NCBI GenBank assembly: GCA_039715015.1
Contig: JBDLIE010000024.1
Coordinates: 1 to 39,054 of the forward strand
DNA: 39,054 bases
Direction of reading: 5' to 3'
From: Thermodesulfobacteriota bacterium
GTDB taxonomy: Bacteria > Desulfobacterota > Desulfobulbia > Desulfobulbales > SURF-16
The notes beneath the pieces were generated by a model. That model did no database searches, was not told the DNA's origin, and worked only from the letters and a program-made list of their open reading frames with translations. Position 1 is the first letter of the stretch. Each line of letters starts with the position of its first letter. Positions 35,537 through 39,054 of this stretch are shown here, piece after piece. Position numbers and translations under genes: made by a program.

Positions 35537-36625
35537 ATGTCATTTAGTAAAGAAGATTTACAGGAGCTGCTGGCCGCCATTGCTCCTGTTGACCAAAATA
35601 TTATGGCCCAGGCCCAGCACCGTCTGGATAATCTCACCAAACCTCTCGGCGCTTTGGGCATGCTTGAGGAGATGGCCAAGCGGATGTGCGGTGTCCAAGG
35701 AAGTCTGACGCCCTCTGTGGCCCAAAAGACCATCCTTACCTTTGCCGGAGACCATGGTGTGGTTGAGGAAGGTGTCAGCGCCGTGCCTGCTGAGGTCACC
35801 CCGCAGATGGTGGCCAATTTTCTGGCCGGTGGCGCTGGGGTCAATGTCCTTGCTAACCACGTCGGCGCTGAGGTGCGGGTTATTGATGTCGGCGTGGCCG
35901 TGCCGGTGGCAGGCGATGGCCTCATTCTGGCCAAGGTCAAGGCCGGGGCCGACAATATCCGCAAAGGGCCTGCCATGAGTGAGGAAGATGCCTTGGCCGC
36001 TCTCAGCGTTGGTGCCCAGGTGGCGCGCACTGCCATTGCTGATGGTGCTGAGATTCTCGGCACCGGCGAGATGGGAATCGGCAACACCACACCCTCTGCC
36101 GCTCTTTTTGCCGCCTTTTTAGACCTTCCGGCTGAGGACATTACCGGTCGCGGTACCGGGATTTCTGATGAGGCCTTGGCCCGCAAGATCCAGGTGGTTG
36201 ACGATGCCCTGGCCATTAATAAGGGGCGTTGTCAGGACCCCTTGAGCACCCTCGCCGCCCTCGGTGGTCTGGAGATTGCCGCTATCTGCGGGATGATACT
36301 TGCGGCAGCCAGCCAAAAGGTCGCAGTGGTGGTGGACGGTTTTATCTCAAGTGCCGCCGCCTTGACCGCCATGGAGATGAATCCGCAAGTCCTTGATTAT
36401 TGTTTTTTCAGCCATATGTCGGCAGAGCAGGGCCACCGTCTCTTCTTTGAGAAGACAGAGATTGCCCCCATCCTGCATCTCGGCCTGCGCCTTGGCGAGG
36501 GAACCGGTGCCGCCCTTGCCATGAATCTTATCGATGCCGGTACCAAGATTCTCACCGAGATGGCGACCTTTGGCGAGGCCGGTGTAGATCACGGCGACAT
36601 TCTCGATGGCGAAACAGAAACCTGA
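35537..36625 (+). CDS. cobT: Nicotinate-nucleotide-dimethylbenzimidazole phosphoribosyltransferase
   Basis: LTKPLGALG, AGDHGV, GEMGIGNTT, VDGFI, SHMSAE, LRLGEGTGA. Confidence 0.97.
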   Translation: MSFSKEDLQELLAAIAPVDQNIMAQAQHRLDNLTKPLGALGMLEEMAKRMCGVQGSLTPSVAQKTILTFAGDHGVVEEGVSAVPAEVTPQMVANFLAGGAGVNVLANHVGAEVRVIDVGVAVPVAGDGLILAKVKAGADNIRKGPAMSEEDALAALSVGAQVARTAIADGAEILGTGEMGIGNTTPSAALFAAFLDLPAEDITGRGTGISDEALARKIQVVDDALAINKGRCQDPLSTLAALGGLEIAAICGMILAAASQKVAVVVDGFISSAAALTAMEMNPQVLDYCFFSHMSAEQGHRLFFEKTEIAPILHLGLRLGEGTGAALAMNLIDAGTKILTEMATFGEAGVDHGDILDGETET

Positions 36626-36646
36626 TCCAAGGCATGATTTATAAAA

Positions 36647-37390
36647 ATGTTTAGACCCCTTCGAACAGCTATTTCCTTTCTCACCATTCTTCCCCTTGGC
36701 CCTGCTGAGGTGAGGGGAGATGATATGGCGAGGAGCATGCTGTTTTTCCCGGTGGCCGGCCTGGTCATTGGCGCCATCCTTGCCGCGATCGCCTGGTTAG
36801 GTATTGGCCTTGGAGTCAACAGCCTGGGCCTGGCGGTGCTCTTAGTGGGCTGTTCTGCCTGGCTGACCAGGGGACTTCATCTTGATGGCGTTGCTGATCT
36901 CAGCGATGGCCTGGGCGGCAGCTTTGAGATGGAACACCGCCTGGAAATCATGAAGGACTCCCATATCGGCGCCTTTGGCGTGGTGGCCCTGGTCGTGGTT
37001 TTATTACTTAAGACTGCCGGCCTGCAAGCAGTTGTGGCTGGATCGGAAACATTGCTTGCTATTGTCATGGTGCCGGCCGCAGCCCGTTTTGCCATGCTTG
37101 TTACTGCCTTTAAGGCCAGCTATCCGCGCCAGATCGGCACCGGCCATTTTGTGGTGGGTAAGGTGCGCTTTGTTCAGCTCGTGCTTGCCTCTATGGTCCT
37201 GCTTCCTCTGGCCCTGCTCGGCTGGCCTGGTCTTGGTCTGTTGTTGGCCTGTTTGCTGCCGCCACTGCTGTTACGCATCAAGAGCCAGAACGCCCTGGGT
37301 GGGGTGACCGGTGATGTGCTGGGCGCTGCCATTGAGTGGAGTGAGGCGGCCGGTTGGCTTGCTGCAGCCTCATTTCTCGGAGGGGCTTGA
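36647..37390 (+). CDS. cobS: Cobamide (5'-phosphate) synthase
   Basis: [43 protein letters not shown]. Confidence 0.97.
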   Translation: MFRPLRTAISFLTILPLGPAEVRGDDMARSMLFFPVAGLVIGAILAAIAWLGIGLGVNSLGLAVLLVGCSAWLTRGLHLDGVADLSDGLGGSFEMEHRLEIMKDSHIGAFGVVALVVVLLLKTAGLQAVVAGSETLLAIVMVPAAARFAMLVTAFKASYPRQIGTGHFVVGKVRFVQLVLASMVLLPLALLGWPGLGLLLACLLPPLLLRIKSQNALGGVTGDVLGAAIEWSEAAGWLAAASFLGGA

Positions 37391-38178
37391 TGAAGGATTA
37401 TTATCAGATTCTGGGAGTGACCTCTTCCTCAAACGATGATGAGATTCGCAAGCGCTATCGTAAACTCGCCATGCAGTACCACCCTGATCGCAATCCTGAT
37501 AATCCCCAGGCCGAAGAAAAATTCAAGGAAATAGCCGAGGCCTACGGTGTGCTCACCGATCCGCTCAAGCGTCGGCAGTATGACACGGCTCGGAGAACGG
37601 GCAGCGACTATAAGCCTGGGCAGGATGGTTCAGGTTTTAGCTACAGTCAGGAGGATATCCTTCGAGATCTCTTTCAAGATCCTCGTTTTCAGCAGATGCT
37701 CCAAGGGCTGCTGCGAGAGTTTCAACGTTCTGGTTTCCGTTCAAATCCAACCTTTCTAAAAAATGCTTTTTTCGGCAGCCGGGGTGGTTTCCTGGTGGGA
37801 GGGCTTTTTTTCTTTGGTTCCCTGATGGGACCAGCCCTTCTAAATTCGCTATCAGGCAAAAAGGGCAGCGGTCTCCTTAACAATATTGGCCGGGCAGTGG
37901 GCTCTTTATTAAGCGGTTCTGCTTCATCTCCAGCCCCTGCTAGACCGGTTGATTTGGATATTACCTATCATATTCCAGTGAATGCTGAGGAGTTACGCCA
38001 GGGTAAGTGGGTACAGGTGGCTGTGACTAACGATTTTGATGAGCAGAAAGTGTTGAAGGTGAGAATCCCCGGCGGCAGTTCTTTTGGTGGCAAACTCAGG
38101 GTCAAGGGGAAGGGTAAAAAAGGAGATGCAGGTGGACGTGGGGACCTGTTCCTGGTTATCGAGAGAAGCTCTGACTAG
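37390..38178 (+). CDS. J-domain protein (CbpA/DnaJ-like, no zinc finger, shortened C-terminus)
   Basis: [28 protein letters not shown]-terminal [24 protein letters not shown] coupling to cobS. Confidence 0.88.
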   Translation: MKDYYQILGVTSSSNDDEIRKRYRKLAMQYHPDRNPDNPQAEEKFKEIAEAYGVLTDPLKRRQYDTARRTGSDYKPGQDGSGFSYSQEDILRDLFQDPRFQQMLQGLLREFQRSGFRSNPTFLKNAFFGSRGGFLVGGLFFFGSLMGPALLNSLSGKKGSGLLNNIGRAVGSLLSGSASSPAPARPVDLDITYHIPVNAEELRQGKWVQVAVTNDFDEQKVLKVRIPGGSSFGGKLRVKGKGKKGDAGGRGDLFLVIERSSD

Positions 38179-38350
38179 AGATGGAGCCAGCCAGCAGGTG
38201 CTTTGATCTGCCGCACTCCCTTGGGGATATATAAAAATCTTAGCCGTGCCTCTTGCCGGCCAGCCTCCAAAACATCACCCTCTTTATCTTCCCATCGTAA
38301 AAAAAAATCTGATTACCATCGAATCTCAGCCACTTTCCTGGGATGATGTC

Positions 38351-38475
38351 GTAGGAGCACCCCAAGGGTATTCGAAGTCTTCGCTTATCTCCTGCGGGGC
38401 ACCCGGCCCTCCGGGCGATAAAGAGACAATCCTGACTCGTCAGGTAGTCCATCGCTCACAGGGGTGAGCTCCTAC
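38351..38475. repeat. GTAG-family REP doublet (REPIN/BIME-like) with a 44-nt insert in the left REP
   Basis: Right REP (minus) GTAGGA-GCTCAC-CCCT-GTGAGC-GAT. Left REP is GTAGGA-GCCCGG-CCCT-CCGGGC-GAT once 38358-38401 is removed. Confidence 0.8.
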
Positions 38476-38677
38476 AGATCCCTATTTGTCGCTTGATGAT
38501 GAGATAATGGCTGAAACATGGTGGTAATCAGAAAAGAAAAAGGGTGACGCGGTCGTCCAATTATCATGATAAGGTTCAGGTTTTTATTGAGATCCTGAAA
38601 ATAATTGTACTTAAGTCAAGGCTTGCCAGCTTGGGCAGTGCTATGGTTGGATCATCAATTTATCCAGGAGGCGCATG

Positions 38678-38995
38678 ATGAAAAAGATCACTTTGGCAGA
38701 TACCCGAGAATTTAACGACAAGTCGTTCAGTCGTTTTTTACTGCACGATTCAGCTTATTTCAGGGTCTTAAACTTTAATATTGCCGCTGGCCAGGTTTTT
38801 CCAGTCCACTCCCATCCGGCAGAAGGGCAACTGACCATTCATGTTATAGAAGGGGAGGGGGAGTTCTTGGCAGAAAACGATGCCGTTATCCCTGCCCAGA
38901 GCGGTGATATTCTGGTCAGCGATATTAGTGAGCCCCATGGTGTTCGGGGCATCACCGATATGCGGATTGTGGTGACCATTGCCCCGCCGTTTTAA
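38678..38995 (+). CDS. Cupin domain protein
   Basis: GQVFPVHSH, VIEGEGEF, GDILV..EPHGV; AGGAGG RBS. Confidence 0.9.
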   Translation: MKKITLADTREFNDKSFSRFLLHDSAYFRVLNFNIAAGQVFPVHSHPAEGQLTIHVIEGEGEFLAENDAVIPAQSGDILVSDISEPHGVRGITDMRIVVTIAPPF

Positions 38996-39054
38996 GGAGA
39001 ATGATTTGTGGATGAGATGAAAGCATCCATGTGATTTGTTTGCATCTCATCCAT

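Noticed and set aside
38240..38467. Short ORFs of 70 and 73 aa between the J-domain gene and the cupin
   Set aside because: They run through the REP doublet and show no protein motifs.

Overview
A mostly core-genome window from a sulfate/sulfur-cycling deltaproteobacterium; protein style and gene order suggest Desulfobacterota, probably Desulfobulbales (inference). Left to right: (1) an AT-richer DUF211 + VIT1/CCC1-like pair; (2) a minus-strand redox cluster of rubredoxin (missed by the ORF track), a desulforedoxin-domain fusion protein and a rhodanese-MBL persulfide dioxygenase-like gene; (3) tRNA-Ala(GGC), a small hypothetical gene and mpl; (4) a MITE-preceded 13-gene complex I-like operon; (5) tRNA-Gly(CCC) and rimP-nusA-ylxR-infB-rbfA-DHH-truB-rpsO-pnp-M16 peptidase; (6) an oppositely oriented sigma54-driven pair of small membrane proteins, one HmcD-like; (7) dut; (8) an ECF sigma/anti-sigma module; (9) a yycJ-cbiR-secreted protein-cobT-cobS-J-domain run; (10) a GTAG REP doublet with a nested insert; (11) a cupin gene. 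The best candidate for an unusual system is the complex I-like operon. It lacks nuoEFG and has four antiporter-like subunits: NuoL is replaced by MrpD-like + 85-aa membrane protein + MrpD-like, and the second MrpD-like subunit carries a lengthened NuoL-type lateral helix and a Lys-to-Asn change. All family assignments are by motif recognition by eye; no searches were run.
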